Source of the DNA: an uncultured Actinomycetota bacterium | Lineage (GTDB): Bacteria > Actinomycetota > Actinomycetes > Propionibacteriales > Propionibacteriaceae | Direction: 5' to 3' | Length of the DNA: 64,000 nt | NCBI GenBank assembly: GCA_963765975.1 | Contig: CAVXYL010000013.1 | Coordinates: 3,911 to 67,910 of the forward strand | Part shown: in pieces, positions 24,131-37,415 of the stretch | How the letters are laid out: each line of letters opens with the position of its first letter | How positions within the stretch are numbered: the first letter of the stretch is position 1 | Made by a program: the position numbers and the translations under genes | Notes under the pieces: model-generated | Seen by the model: only the letters and a program-made list of their open reading frames with translations | The model's database searches: none | Told to the model about the DNA's origin: nothing

Positions 24131-25041
24131 CCGACGTTCGCCGGGGTTCGGTGCACGAAGACCGGCAGCGCCCGCGGCACGGCGGTCGCCGTCAGCGGCG
24201 TGGCCCCGAGCATCTCGCCGTCGCCGAAACCGACCAGCCCGGGTCCCTCGACGCGGACCTCGCGGACCCGCAACTGCTCGACGCACGCGTCCCGGGCGAA
24301 CTTCCCGGAGTACATCAGCGGCAGCAGCCGCAGCAGCTTGACCCGACCCACCGGGTGGATGATCGTCACGTCGAGCAGGCCGTCGTAGGGGTCGGCGTTC
24401 AGGCAGATCCGCATGCCGCCGCCGTACGAGGCGGTGTTCCCGACCGCCACGATCATCGCCTCCAGCTCGCGCACCTCGCCGTCGAGCGTCAGCCGGTACC
24501 GCAGCGGCGAGAACACCCGGAGCTCGGCGAGCGCGGCGATCGTGTAGCGCGACGAGCCACGCGGCCAGGTCATCGCGTTCGCGCGCCGGTTGACCAGTGC
24601 GTCGAAGCCGGTGGCCAGCACGGCGGCGACGTAGTGCGGCCCCACCCGCGCCAGGTCGATCGAGCGGGTGTAGCCGGCCGCGATCACCGCTGCGGCAGCG
24701 ACCGAGTCCTCCGGGTCGAGCCCGATGCCCCGGCAGAGGTCGTTGCCCGTGCCGGCGGGGATCAGTCCGAGCGTGGTCCGGCTCCCGGTCACGAGATGAG
24801 CGCGAGCCGACGTGTTGACCCCGAGATGCATCATCCCGTCACCGCCCATCACGGCGAGCACATCGACACCGTCGGCGACCGCGGCCTCGGTCATCTCCCT
24901 CGCCTCGACGAAGTCCCGGCTGAGCAGCACGTCGAGCTCGTCACCGCCGTCGCGCAGGGTGCCCGCCACCTGCGGCAGCAGCTCGAGGGCTCGGCCCTTG
25001 CCCGCTGACGGATTGACGACCAGCCTGATCTGCCGGTTCAC
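24127..25041 (-). CDS. YegS/DAGK-family lipid kinase
   Basis: VNPSAG, MGGDG, IPAGTGND, NTASYGGG, DGE. Confidence 0.9.
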   Translation of the reverse strand: MNRQIRLVVNPSAGKGRALELLPQVAGTLRDGGDELDVLLSRDFVEAREMTEAAVADGVDVLAVMGGDGMMHLGVNTSARAHLVTGSRTTLGLIPAGTGNDLCRGIGLDPEDSVAAAAVIAAGYTRSIDLARVGPHYVAAVLATGFDALVNRRANAMTWPRGSSRYTIAALAELRVFSPLRYRLTLDGEVRELEAMIVAVGNTASYGGGMRICLNADPYDGLLDVTIIHPVGRVKLLRLLPLMYSGKFARDACVEQLRVREVRVEGPGLVGFGDGEMLGATPLTATAVPRALPVFVHRTPANVG

Positions 25042-25953
25042 GCGGGAGCCGGCCCGTCCTCGTCCGACAGCTCACGCAGGGCCTTGTCGTCGGCGACGCT
25101 GCCCGCGATCAGCAGGTCGTCTCCGGCCGCCTTCGCGCGGCGAGCCTTGCGCCGGTCGAGGATGTGGGCGATCACCTCGGCGGCCAGGAACAGCAGCGAC
25201 ATCGGCGCGGCCAGAGCCAGCATGGAGAACGGGTCGGTCGACGGCGTGGCGATCGCGCCGAAGATGAAGGTTCCGAAGATGACCAGAGTCCGGTACTTCG
25301 ACAGCTGCTTGGCGCTGATCACGCCGACGATGTTGAGCATCAGGACGACCAACGGGATGACGAAGGCGATCCCGAACACGACCATCGCGCGGAGCAGAAA
25401 GGACAGATAGGCGTTGATGTCCTGCAGGTTGGTCACGCCGGACTGGGTGAAGCTCAGCAGCACCATGATGCCCTTGGGCATCACGAAGTAGGCCACCGCG
25501 ACCCCGCCGGCGAACATCGGCGTGGCGGCCCCGATGAAGATGAGGGCCCACTTCTTCTCCTTGGCCAACAGGCCGGGAACGATGAACGCCCACAGCTGGT
25601 AGAGCCAGATCGGCGCGGTGACGATGGCTCCGGCGAGCGCGGACACCTTGAGCGCCAGGGTCAACGGCGAGGTGAGGTTGATGTTGACCAGCGACGTGTT
25701 CGCGTCCGGATTGCTGACCTTCAAGGCCTCGATGGCCTTGAAGTACGGCTGCTGCAACAGATCCATCAACGGCTCACGGAAGAACCAGGCGACGATCATC
25801 CCGACGATGATGGCCGAGCGCGGAGACCACCAACCGGTAGCGCAGTTCGCGCAGATGCTCGAAGAGCGTCATCGAGCCGTCAGGTGGTGCGGGCGGCGGC
25901 TTGAGCCACTTCAGGCTGAAGCGGATCTGCCGGCCCTTGATCGTCAAAGACAC
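25038..25953 (-). CDS. tatC: twin-arginine translocase TatC (frameshift near 25815)
   Basis: MTLFEHLRELRYRL, YQLWAFIVPGL, ATPSTDPFSM. Confidence 0.93.
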
Positions 25954-25981
25954 GGCAGGGGCTCGGTCAACAAGAAGTCGG

Positions 25982-26317
25982 TCAGTTCAGGGGGCGCTGC
26001 GGAGGCTCGGGATCCGTCGGGTCCGGATTCGACAGGTTGCTCGGCGGCGGCTGCTGGAACTGCGGCGGCGGGCTGCTCTGCTGTTGCGCCTGCGGAGTGG
26101 TCGAGCCGCCCGGCTGCAGATGAGGCGGAGTCGCTGCGGTCGTACCGTCCTCGGCCTTGAGACCCTTGGTCTCCTCCTTGAACTCCTTCAGCGCGCGTCC
26201 GGTGCTCTTGCCCAGACCGGCCAACCGGGAACCGCCGAACAGCAGCAGCACGACGGCCAGGATGATCAACAGCTCGGGGACGCCCAGGCCCAGTACCAGC
26301 GGTTCTCATGTGGTCAT
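25982..26317 (-). CDS. tatA: twin-arginine translocase TatA
   Basis: LGVPELLIILAVVLLLFGGSRLAGLGKSTGRALKEFKEE; start uncertain. Confidence 0.9.
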
Positions 26318-26350
26318 CCTATGTCGCTTCGCTGGGGTCGAGCCCATCAC

Positions 26351-26584
26351 TCAGCTGGTGAGATTGCTGTGCAGCAACGCGTCGTCGTCCCGGTCCGGAG
26401 CATCGAAGCGGCGCTCAGGGACCTGGATCTGGCTCAACAGCTCCGTCAGCTGGCCCGCACGATCGCCGAGAACCGCGACCTCACTGATCACGTCGGAGGC
26501 CTTGTGGGCCAGCCAGATGCCATAGGAGACGACCATGAACAGGCCGGCCGCGGCGATCCCGCAGAAGATGACGACCCAGATCAT
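26351..26584 (-). CDS. small single-TM protein upstream of tatA
   Basis: MIWVVIFCGIAAAGLFMVVSYGIWL; TAATCT 7 nt upstream. Confidence 0.7.
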   Translation of the reverse strand: MIWVVIFCGIAAAGLFMVVSYGIWLAHKASDVISEVAVLGDRAGQLTELLSQIQVPERRFDAPDRDDDALLHSNLTS

Positions 26585-26594
26585 GGGGCACAGA

Positions 26595-27240
26595 TTAGCC
26601 TCTCCCGGCCGGGTCGCGGCGGTTCGGTCATCGCGAGTGGCCGCGGCGACCGTACCTTGACGTTTCCGACCTGACTCAGCTCTCGCCACGACTGCACCTC
26701 CTTCGCGGTGGCCGAGCTGAGGCGTACGCCGGATCGGTAGTCGACGATGACGACCGCATCGCAGGACTTCAGGTAGTTCAGGAGCCACTGCTGCCAGGCC
26801 TCGTCGTCGACGCTGGAGGCGCGCTTCCGCCCTGGTTCGCGGCAAGGCGAAGGAGTATCCGTGCACGTCGACCACCGGCGGGCAACCCCGCTGCAAGATT
26901 GCGTCCCAGCACATCCATCTCGATCAGCGCCACCTGATTGTCGGCCGCGACGCAGCCTGGCAGCGACCGCACGGCTTCCGACAGCGCTGCGCCCGGGAAC
27001 GGGCGCCCGAAGGACACCTTGGTCAACGGGCTCGCGTAGACCAGCAGACTGAGCGCGATCGCCGCACTCGCCAGCACGCCCAGGCCCGCTCGCTTCTGAA
27101 CCGAGCAGGTCGTCCACCTGCTGCGCCGCCGACCCGAACGCCAGGGCCAATGCCGGAGCGGTCAACGCGGCGTAGTGCTGGAACCAGGACGGGACCGCGA
27201 ACAGGAACACCGCCATTCCGACCACACAGCCTGGCAGCGC
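26595..27240 (-). pseudogene. 5'-truncated membrane glycosyltransferase-like remnant
   Basis: Pieces PSWFQHYAALTAPALAL and GCVAADNQVALIEMDVL spread over several frames; no N-terminal TM region. Confidence 0.4.
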
Positions 27241-27357
27241 CGCACGGCCTCCGACAGCGTTGCGCCAGAGGCAATGCGTACGCCGACCTCAGGCAAAGCC
27301 GCAATCCGAGCAGAGCCGAGACTGTTGCGGCGCCGTCACGCCGTCGGCCACCGTTCG

Positions 27358-28360
27358 CTAGACCGATGCGCTGTGCTGAGGTGTGATCCCCGCGCCGTCG
27401 AACACAGCCTCGTACTGCTGCAGGGCCTCCCGAGCCGCTTCTGCGGCGGAGTCGCCGGCGCCGACCGGCGCGAGCACCTTCGCGCTGCCCCGGAGCCGCA
27501 GCAGCAGATTGCGCAGCCAGGCCGGATCGGTGACCCGTACGGAGATCGTCAGCCGGCCGTCGTCGAGCCGCTGCACCGACTCGGTCGGGTAGTACTCCGC
27601 GACCCAGGCCGCCCACGGCTGAAGTTCGAGGCTCACCAGCGGTGCATCCTTCAAGGCCTCGAACCAGCCGGTCGACAGGTCCTTGAGCTGCACGTCATGG
27701 GCATCAACGTCGACATCGGTGACCTCGACGGCGACGATCCGATCCAGCCGGAAGGTGCGCAGCGCCTTCGCGGAGTAGCACCAGGCCTCGAGATAGCCGT
27801 ACCCCTCGAGCACGAAGACCCGCAGCGGGTCGACCAGCCGCTGGGTCGTCTCGGCCCGGGTGGCCACGTCGTAGGTCAGGTCGAGCCGCTTCCGGCGCTG
27901 CAGCCCGTCGTTCACCCTGGCCTGGATGTCGTCGCGGGCCGCGGTGACGGCGACGGTGGCCTGATCGGGGTGAGCCCGGTCCCCGGTCGCGGCCCCGAGC
28001 TTCTTCAAGGCCCGGTCCACCGCCTCGCGCTGCCCGGGATCGGCGATCTCGCGGAGCGTCCGCAGGGCCAGGACCAGCGCCAGCGCCTCGTCCGCCGACA
28101 AGCCGCAACGGCCGGGTCAGGTAGTCGGCATTGCTCAGGTGGATGACGCCTTCGCCGTCCACGGCGTCCATGTCGATGTCGATCAGGTCGCCCGGAGCCA
28201 GTCCCGGCATGCCGCACATCCACAGCACGCTGAGGTCCTCCCGCAGCGTCTTGAGCGTGATGCCGAACGCGGCGGCGACCTCGGTCATGGCGATGCCGTC
28301 GTGCTCGCGGAGGTAGGGCACCAGGCTGAGCAGCCGGCGGACCTGCGCCTGGGAGGTCAT
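27358..28360 (-). CDS. pafC: WYL-domain transcription factor PafC (frameshifted)
   Basis: QVRRLLSLVPYL, LWMCGMPG, GYLEAWC, RTFRLDRI. Confidence 0.92.
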
Positions 28361-29320
28361 GCGGCAGCCGCCGAATCCGCGACGGCTTTCAGGCCTTTGA
28401 CGACGAGTTCGCGCAGCTCGACCGGCTCGAGGACGAGCACATCGGCGGCATGCTGGGTGATCTCCTCGGCGGCGGCGTAGAGGTCGGTGAAGCTCACGCT
28501 GATCACGTCGAAGCCGCTCGGGAGGGGCATGTCGGTCGTCGCCGGCTCACCGCGTCGGCGCAGCGCCGGCGCGCGTCCGGTCCGGATGGCCAGCAGCGTC
28601 GCGGCCGTCGGCTCGCGGGGCGCGAGCGAGCGGGCGAGCGTCCGCAGATCGAGATCGGCCGGCACCTCGTACGCGCCGTGCCGGGACATCCGCTTCGGCT
28701 GATCGGTGATCCGGGACAGCTTGAACATCCGGGTGGCCTCCCGGTCCACGTCGCGCCCGATCGACATACCAGCGGCCCTTCGAGGCCGTCATTCCCCACG
28801 GCTCCAGCGTTCTCGTGCGCCCGTCGCGATAGGTGAAGCTCATCCGGGTGCGCTCCAGCACGGCGTTCCACAGCGGCTCGAAGGCCGGCTCGGTCGCCTG
28901 CACCGACGGCTCCAGCGAGGCCAGCTGGGAGGTGTCCGGCTCGACGCCGGCGGCCCGGAGCTTGGCGATCGCACTCATCGTCGAGGCGGCCATGCTCGCG
29001 TGCTGCCAGACCCGGGCGGCCACGCCGACCACGGAGGCCTCCTCGGCGTCCAACTCGATGGCCGGCAGCTCGAACTCGCTGGACAGGATGCGATAGCCGG
29101 GCTCGTCGTCGAACAACGGATCGTAGTTGCCGACCTCGATCGGCACGCCGAGTGATCGGAGCTCATCCTTGTCCCGCTCGAAGGTCCGCTCGAATGCCGC
29201 ATCGCTGAGGTCGTGATAGCCCTCGACCGCCTCCCGGATCCGGCTCTTGGGAAGATAGCGACCCGAGACCAGGAGGCAGATGGTCAGGTTGAGGATTCTC
29301 TCGGTCTTGCGCGGTGCCAT
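28357..29320 (-). CDS. pafB: WYL-domain transcription factor PafB (frameshifted)
   Basis: KTERILNLTICLL, FERDKDELR, EPWG, RMFKLSRI. Confidence 0.92.
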
Positions 29321-29373
29321 GCGTGCTCTACTTCCTCACCTGTGCGTCGCTGAGCACGTTATCAGGGAGGTGA

Positions 29374-30282
<909 letters not shown>

Positions 30283-30383
30283 TGGCGAAATCGGCTCGAA
30301 ATCGGCGTTCTGGGCGTCGATCGAGTGCAGATTCCAGGGTTCACTCGCCGAGCAGCGGAGTGGAGAGCGAATACAGTCGGCGG

Positions 30384-31491
30384 GTGATCATCTGGGCCGA
30401 CGGCGAAGTGACGGCGATCCGCGCCGAATGGCGCGGAGCCGTGGAACTCACCGCCACCCGCCGCGACACCGGCGCCGACGTTCGGGCCCTGGTCTACACC
30501 GACCTGATGGCGGCACCGGCCATCGGCGACCGGGTGCTGCTCAACGTGGCGGCACTCGACCGTGGCCTCGGCACCGGCGGGTACGCCCTGGTCATCGCGG
30601 TGCTCGACGCCGCCGGCCGGGTCGGCGCCCAGCCGCCGCAGCCGGCCGGGCATCTGGTCAAGGCCCGCTATCTGCCGCTGCAGGCCATGGTCGCCGGCGC
30701 GGACGAGCAGGGGTCAGACCATCACGAACTGCTGGCCGACGCGGATTCGCTGGACGCGATGCCGGTCCTGGTCGCGGATCTGCATTCCGCTCTGGCGCCG
30801 GCGCTGGTGGCCATCGCCCATGATCGGCCGGGCACCCGCGTCGTCTACGTGATGAGCGACCAGGGCGCGCTGCCGCTGGCCTTCTCGCGCTCGGTGGCCA
30901 CCCTCCGCGATGCCGGACTGCTGGCCGCGACGGTGACCGTCGGACAGGCGTTCGGCGGCGATCTGGAGGCCGTCACGGTGCACTCCGGCCTGCTGGCGGC
31001 ACGGCTGGCTCTGCACGCCGATCTGGCCATCGTGACCCAGGGTCCCGGGCAATCTCGGCACCGGCACCCGCTGGGGCTTCTCCGGGGTGAGCGCGGGCGA
31101 GGCCGTCAACGCCGCCTCGATCCTGGGCGGGCGCCCGGTCGGCTCGCTGCGGATCTCCGGAGCCGACGCTCGGGAGCGGCATCGCGGCATCTCGCACCAC
31201 AGCCTCACCGCGTACGGCCGGGTGGCACTGCGAGCGGCCGACATCGCGGTGCCCGACTTCGCCGGTGACGGCTCGGCGGACGTCGCCGATCTGGTCGCAC
31301 CGATCGCCGCCGCCCTGTCCGCCCTGAGCCGGCACCGGCTCGTCACCGTCGCGCTGACCGGTCTCCGGAACGCGTTGGCCGAGTCGCCGGTACGACTTTC
31401 CAGCATGGGTCGGGGACTCGATGCGGACCCGGGCTACTTCCTCGCCGCCGCGGCGGCCGGGCGGCACGCCGCCGCCCTGCTGGATCAATGA
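30384..31491 (+). CDS. DUF3866-family protein (frameshifted)
   Basis: GLGTGGY, GHLVKARY, ADLHS, GQAFGGDLEAV, QGPGNLGT, RHRGISHHS. Confidence 0.8.
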
Positions 31492-31500
31492 GCTACTGGC

Positions 31501-32527
31501 TCACTGGCTGGCGGCGAAGAGGATGTCGACGACCATCACCGTGGTCTCCGTCGGCGAGATCGACGGCGTCTCGTTGCCGTTGGGATAGCCTTCGGCCGGC
31601 GGGATGACCAGCAGCACCCGGCTGCCGACCGTCTTGCCGGTCAGTCCCTTCACCGCGCCGGGCACCAGGCTGGACAGGGCGACCTCAGCCGGGGCCTTGC
31701 TGTAGTTCTCCTCGAGCAGTTTGCCGTCGCTCCAGCGCACCCAGCGTGTAGTTGAAGGTGATCGCGTCACTCTCGGTGACCTTCTTGCCCTGGCCCTCGA
31801 TCAGCGTCTCGGCCTGCAGTTCGGCCGGCGGATCGGACTTGGGGATGGTGATCTCCGGAACCCCGTCCTTGTCGGTGACCGTCGGCAGCCCGGCCTTCGG
31901 TGCCTTCTTGGTGCCCTCGGGCCCTTCCAGCGGCACCGCCACGAGATCGACCACGAACACCAGGGTGTCGCCCATCTCCACGCCGATCTGCGGGTTTCCG
32001 CCGCTGCCGTCGTAGCCGTCCGAACCGGGCATGGCGACCAGCACCCGGCTCCCCTCGTGCTGTCCGACCAGGCCCTTCTGGAATCCGGGGACCACCTGGG
32101 CCAGGTTGAACGTGGCCGTCGTCCCCCGACTGAAGGAGTCGTCGAACATCTCGCCGGTACGCGCGTTGTAGCCGGCGTAGTTCATCTCGACACTCTGTCC
32201 GGCCTTGACCGTCGGGCCCTTGGCATTGGCCTCGAGCACCTTGGTCCGGGTCTTGTCGACCGCCCACGGGTCGTCGATGGTGACCTTCGGGGCCTTGCCC
32301 ATGTCACCGGACACCTTGATCTCATCGAGATCGCTCGACGGCTTCACCGGCTTGGGCTTGGTCGGGCTCGCGCTCGGCGACGCCGAAGGCGTGGAACTGG
32401 CCGACGACGCAGGCGCGGAAGGCGAGGCGGAGGCCGGCCCCTCGGGATCGTCCTTGCCGCAGGCTCCGAGCAGCAGCGAGGCGCTGAGCCCGAGGACGAT
32501 CACGGTCACAGCTTGAGAGGAACGCAC
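31501..32527 (-). CDS. FKBP-type peptidyl-prolyl isomerase lipoprotein (frameshifted)
   Basis: LLGAC lipobox; two FKBP domains (FDDSF, VVPGF, GSRVL). Confidence 0.9.
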
Positions 32528-32839
32528 CGGAGAACCTTACAGGGTTTTGCTATCGGCTCCCGGGAACGCGAACCGCGCAGGCCCCGGTGCTGTACCTGGC
32601 GTCGCTAGTGCGCGTCGTGCCGGCGCGACATCCCTCGATGCGGGCGACAGCCATAGACGCTGCGCAACGAGGCGTAACGTCTCTTCGGGCGAACGTGGCG
32701 GGTAAGGGCGTTCGAGGCGCGCGCACGAAGCGCGCGCACGAGCTTGTCGTTCGATGGTGAAAGGTCGAGCCTCGCAGGTCCATGGCGTCGCGTCCGCCGG
32801 ACCAGATTCAGGCCCGGGCGGGAAAGGACGCACACCATC

Positions 32840-34361
32840 ATGGAGACGACGGACGGGCGGCGTGAGCCGCCGATGGGCGCTGAAGGCCGCAGGAGCCACT
32901 GGTGCGACCGCGATCGTGACCGGTGCGGGCGCCGGTGCCGCGCACGCCGACGACGGCAAGGGAGATGACGACCGCGGACGCAACCGCGGCGTCGAGCCGA
33001 CCGCCGGCACCTGGAAGACGTGGGTGCTGTCGTCGGGCACCGAGATCCCGGTGCCGCCGCCGCCAAAGGGGCAGGCGGCCAAGCGCGACCTCGACGCAGT
33101 GGTGAAGGCCGCAGCGGCCCGCACGGACGAGACGCTCGACGCGATCTCGTTCTGGGACACGGGATCGCCCGGGTTCCGCTGGAACCAGATCGGCGCGCAG
33201 CTGCTCGTCGCCGACCCGGCACCCGACACGTTCCGGGTGGTCACCTACCTCAACCTCGCGATCTACGACGCGACGATCGCCTCGTGGGCGTGGAAGCAGC
33301 ACTACCGGCGGCGGCGCCCGAGCGAGCACCGGCTGAAGACGGCGATCGACACACCGAACAGCCCGTCGTACCCGAGCGAACACGGCGCGGCGGCCGGCGC
33401 GGCGGTCGGCGTGCTCGGCCACCTCTACCCGGACAAGGCGACCGAGCTGGCCGAGCGGGCGGCCGAGCACGCTGCCTCACGCGTCGCCGCCGGTGTCGAG
33501 CACCCGAGCGACTTCGAGGCCGGCTACGCGCTCGGCAAGGCGGTCGCCGCCAAGGTCGCCAGCGCAAGGATCGACGCCGACGGGTTCGGCGCGCCGTACC
33601 CCGGCGATCCGAACGCGCCATACCCCGGCGGCGACGGCTCGTACCCGGTCCTGCCGAAGGACGAGGGCTTCCAGATCATGATCGGCGAGTGGACGCCGCT
33701 CGTGATCGGCGACGTCACGGCGTTCCGCCCACCGCCGCCCCCGGCCAAGGCCTCGGCCGAGCGGGCGGCCGAGCTGGCCGAGGTGAAGAACTACCCGCGC
33801 CGCAAGCAGCCCGACTTCGCCGAGCTGTTCTTCTGGGCGCAGGACCCGGCCGGCCGGCCGGAGCCCGACTCGGGGGCGTTCGTGAACGCTGCGGGGGCGG
33901 CGTTCTATTACGCGGTCGACGTCTCGCTGATCGTGCTCGAGGACGTGAACCAGAAGATCCACGAGTACAAGCTCGACACGAACCCGCCGCGTGCGGCGCG
34001 CACGTACGCGCTGGCGTTCGCCGCCATGCTCGACGCGTACATAGCCTGCTGGGACGCGAAGTACTACTACCTCGTCGGGCGACCGATTCACTTCGACCCG
34101 ACGGTCGACACGTTGTGGACCACCTATCCGCTCGCCTGCTACCCGTCCGGTCACTCAAGCAACCTGACCGCGCCGGCGACCGTGCTCGGGTACCTGTTTC
34201 CGCGCGACGCGCACTACTTCCTGAGCCGGGCCAAGGAGAACGCAGCGTCGCGATTGTGGGCCGGCATCCACTTCCGCAGCGACTGCGTCGACGGCGTGGC
34301 GATGGGCCAGGAGGTCGGCAAGGCGGTCATCGAGTACGCGAAGGCCGACGGCAGCTCGTAG
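32840..34361 (+). CDS. Tat-exported vanadium-haloperoxidase/PAP2-like protein with two tandem domains
   Basis: SRRWALK..AHA signal; KxxxxxxRP, PSGH, SRxxxxxHxxxD; start 32840 (needs frameshift) or 32862. Confidence 0.8.
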
Positions 34362-34448
34362 CCCAGCGGCGCTCCCGACGAGTGGTCGATCCTCGCCAAG
34401 GTCAACGCCCTAGTCACTCAAACTGAGACGGATAACGGTAGGTTCTTG

Positions 34449-34510
34449 GCGCTGTACCCAGGAAACTTCCTGGGTACAGTGCCGGTTTCCCACGTATACG
34501 CGGGAAACCG
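34449..34510. terminator. tandem hairpins between convergent genes
   Basis: gcgctgtacccaggaa-ac-ttcctgggtacagtgc and cggtttccc...gggaaaccg. Confidence 0.55.
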
Positions 34511-34542
34511 CAGGCTGCGGAAGCCCGGGCCCGGCAGAGCGG

Positions 34543-35914
34543 TCAGGTGCCGCGCATGCTCGCGATCAGCCGGTCGACGCGGTCGTCGGTGGATTGGAAG
34601 GGGTCCTTGCACAGGACGGTGCGCTGCGCCTGGTCGTTCAGCTTCAGGTGGACCCAGTCGACGGTGTAGTCGTTGCGGCCCTCCTGGGCGGCGCGGATGA
34701 AGTCGCCGCGCAGCTTGGCCCGGGTGGTCTGCGGCGGGACCGCCTTGGCCCGGAAGATCGCGGGATCGTGGGTGACCCGGGCGGCCTGGCCGCGCGCCTC
34801 CAGGATGGAGAAGATCCCCCGGCCCCGCCGGATGTCGTGATAGGCCAGATCCAGTTGCGCGATCCGCGGATCGGCGAGGCTCATGTCGTGCTTGGCCGCG
34901 TACCGGTCGAGCAGCCGGAGCTTGATCGCCCAGTCGATCTCGGTGTCGATCAGGCCGAGCTTGTCCTCCCCCACGGCCCGCAGCGTCCGCTCCCACAGGT
35001 CCAGGACCCGGTCGATGACGACGCGTGCCGAGGTTCTCCCGCCGGACGAACTCGGCGACCTTCTCGTAGTACTCGGTCTGCAGCTCCAGCGCGGAGATCC
35101 GCCGCCCGTTGGAGAGCGCCACCTTCACCTGACCGGTGCGGTCCCGGCTCATGTCCCGGATCGCCCGGATCGGATTCTCCAGCGTGAAGTCGCGCATCGG
35201 TACGCCGGCCTCGATCAGCCGCAGCACCAGTTCCGCCGTGCCGACCTTCAGCAGGGTCGTCGTCTCGCTCATGTTGGAGTCGCCGACGATGACGTGCAGC
35301 CGGCGGTAACGCTCGGGGTCGGCATGCGGCTCGTCGCGGGTGTTGATGATCGGCCGGCTCCGGGTGGTCGCCGACGACACGCTCTCCCAGATGTGCTCGG
35401 CCCGCTGGCTGACGCTGTACTCCGCACCCCGCGCGGTGTGCAGCACCTTGCCCGCCCCGCAGATCAGCTGCCGGGAGACCAGGAACGGCACCAGCACGTC
35501 GGTGATCTTGGAGAAGTCGCCGATCCGGGAGATCAGGTAGTTCTCGTGGCAGCCGTAGGAGTTGCCGTGGCTGTCGGTGTTGTTCTTGAACAGGTAGATG
35601 TCACCGCTGATGCCTTCGCTCGCCAGCCGTTGCTCGGCGTCGATGATCAGGTCCTCGAGGATGCGTTCGCCGGCCCGGTCATGGTTGATCAACTGCACCA
35701 GGTCGTCGCACTCGGCGGTGGCGTACTCCGGGTGCGATCCGACGTCGAGGTAGATGCGCGATCCGTTGCGCAGGAAGACATTGCTGCTCCGGCCCCAGGT
35801 CACCACGCGGCGGAAGAGATAGCGCGCGACTTCGTCGGGGGTGAGCCGCCGGGTGCCGCCCGACGTGCACGCGACCCCGTACTCGGTCTCCAGCCCGTAG
35901 ATCCGCCGGTCCAT
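34543..35914 (-). CDS. pafA: Pup-protein ligase (frameshift near 35025)
   Basis: [45 protein letters not shown]. Confidence 0.96.
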
Positions 35915-35972
35915 GTCTACCCTTCTGCACGCCCACGCCGTGACGTTCCTGCTCGGACCGCCCAGCGCCCGG

Positions 35973-36728
35973 TCAGCCGCCGGTCAGATCCAGCAGCGCA
36001 CCGAGCTCGTCGCGGGTCAGCTCTCGGAACTCTCCGACCTTGAGAGTGCCCAGCCGTACGGGTCCGATGGCGGTCCGCGACAGCCGGCGCACCGGGTGGC
36101 CGACCGCCTCCATGGTACGGCGGACGATCCGGTTCCGACCCTCGGTCAAGGTGATCTTGACCAGTGTCTTCTCCCCGGCGGTCGAGACGAGCTTGACCGA
36201 CGTCGGATTGACCGGTCCGTCCTCGAGCGTGACGCCCTTCCGCAATCGCGCCAGAGTGTGCGGAGTCACCGCCCCCTCGACCTCGACGAGATAGGTCTTC
36301 GGCACCTCGTACGAGGGATGCGCGAGCCGGTGACGCGAAGTCACCGTCGTTGGTCAAGATCAACAAGCCTTCGGTCTCGGTGTCCAGCCGCCCGACGTGG
36401 AAGAGCCGGTCGTTGGCCGAGCGCCGGCCCGGGACCTTGCCCACCAAGAGGTCGGCGAGCGTACGCCGGCCCTCCGGATCGTCCATGGTGGAGACCACGC
36501 CCCGCGGCTTGTTGAGCACCAGGTAGAGGTGCCGACGCGGAGGCGGGATCCGCGAGCCGTCGACCCGGATGACGTCGCGCTCAGGGTCGACGCGCAGTCC
36601 CTGCTCGAGGACGATCCGGCCGTTGACCTCGACCCGGCCCTCGCTGATCATGATCTCGCAGGCCCGCCGGGAGGCCAGGCCGCGCTGGCCAGGACCTTCT
36701 GCAGGCGGATTCCTTCGGTGTCAGGCAT
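35973..36728 (-). CDS. rluB: rRNA pseudouridine synthase with S4 domain (frameshifted)
   Basis: [39 protein letters not shown]. Confidence 0.85.
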
Positions 36729-37415
36729 CTTCGCGCCCTTCGACGGGCTCAGGGAGCTGGTCGGGCTCGGGATCGGGCTCGGACGTGGCGGGGTCTCGGC
36801 GAGCTGGCTCAGCTCGGCCTCCAGGTCCTCGACCTCGGGCAGGTGCGGAGCCAGCGGCGGCAGGTCGTCGAGCGACCGCAGTCCGAGCCGCTCCAGGAAG
36901 TAGCTGGTGGTCGCGAACACCACCGCGCCGGAGTCCTGATCGTGTCCGGCCTCCTCGATCAGCCCACGGGCCAGCAGCGTCCTGATGACCCCGTCGACGT
37001 TCACCCCGCGGACCGCCGACACCCGGGCCCGGGAGATCGGCTGGCTGTAGGCGATCACCGCCAGGGTCTCCAGTGCGGCCTGGGAGAGCCTCGACTGCTG
37101 GCCCTCCAGCACGTGCCGGCTGATCAGCTCGGCGTGCTCCTCGCGGGTGTAGTAGCGCCAGCCACCGCCGACCTGCCGCAGGTCGAAGCCGCGCCCGGTC
37201 TCGTCGTAGAACGCGGCCAGCTCGGCCAGCGCGTCGGCCACCACGGTCTCCGGCACCCCGATCACCTGGGCCAGCTCGGTCTCCCCCATCGGTTCCACCG
37301 CCATCAGCAGCAATGCCTCGATCGCCCCGGCCACCTCGGCCGCCGACCGCTCAGCACCGGCTCGGTCGACGTCCCAGCTGGGCGCCGACCCGTCGGGGTC
37401 GATCAGGTCGGTCAT
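36721..37415 (-). CDS. scpB: segregation/condensation protein B
   Basis: IEALL, LSQAALETLAVIAYSQP, VRGVN, LDDLPPL; stop approximate. Confidence 0.9.

Noticed and set aside
27358-29320. WYL pair as a defence-system regulator
   Set aside because: They are canonical PafB/PafC in the pafA-tat neighbourhood.
32560-32840. Riboswitch upstream of the haloperoxidase gene
   Set aside because: No consensus for fluoride, ZTP, c-di-AMP or other classes recognised by eye; an Rfam scan would be needed to exclude it.
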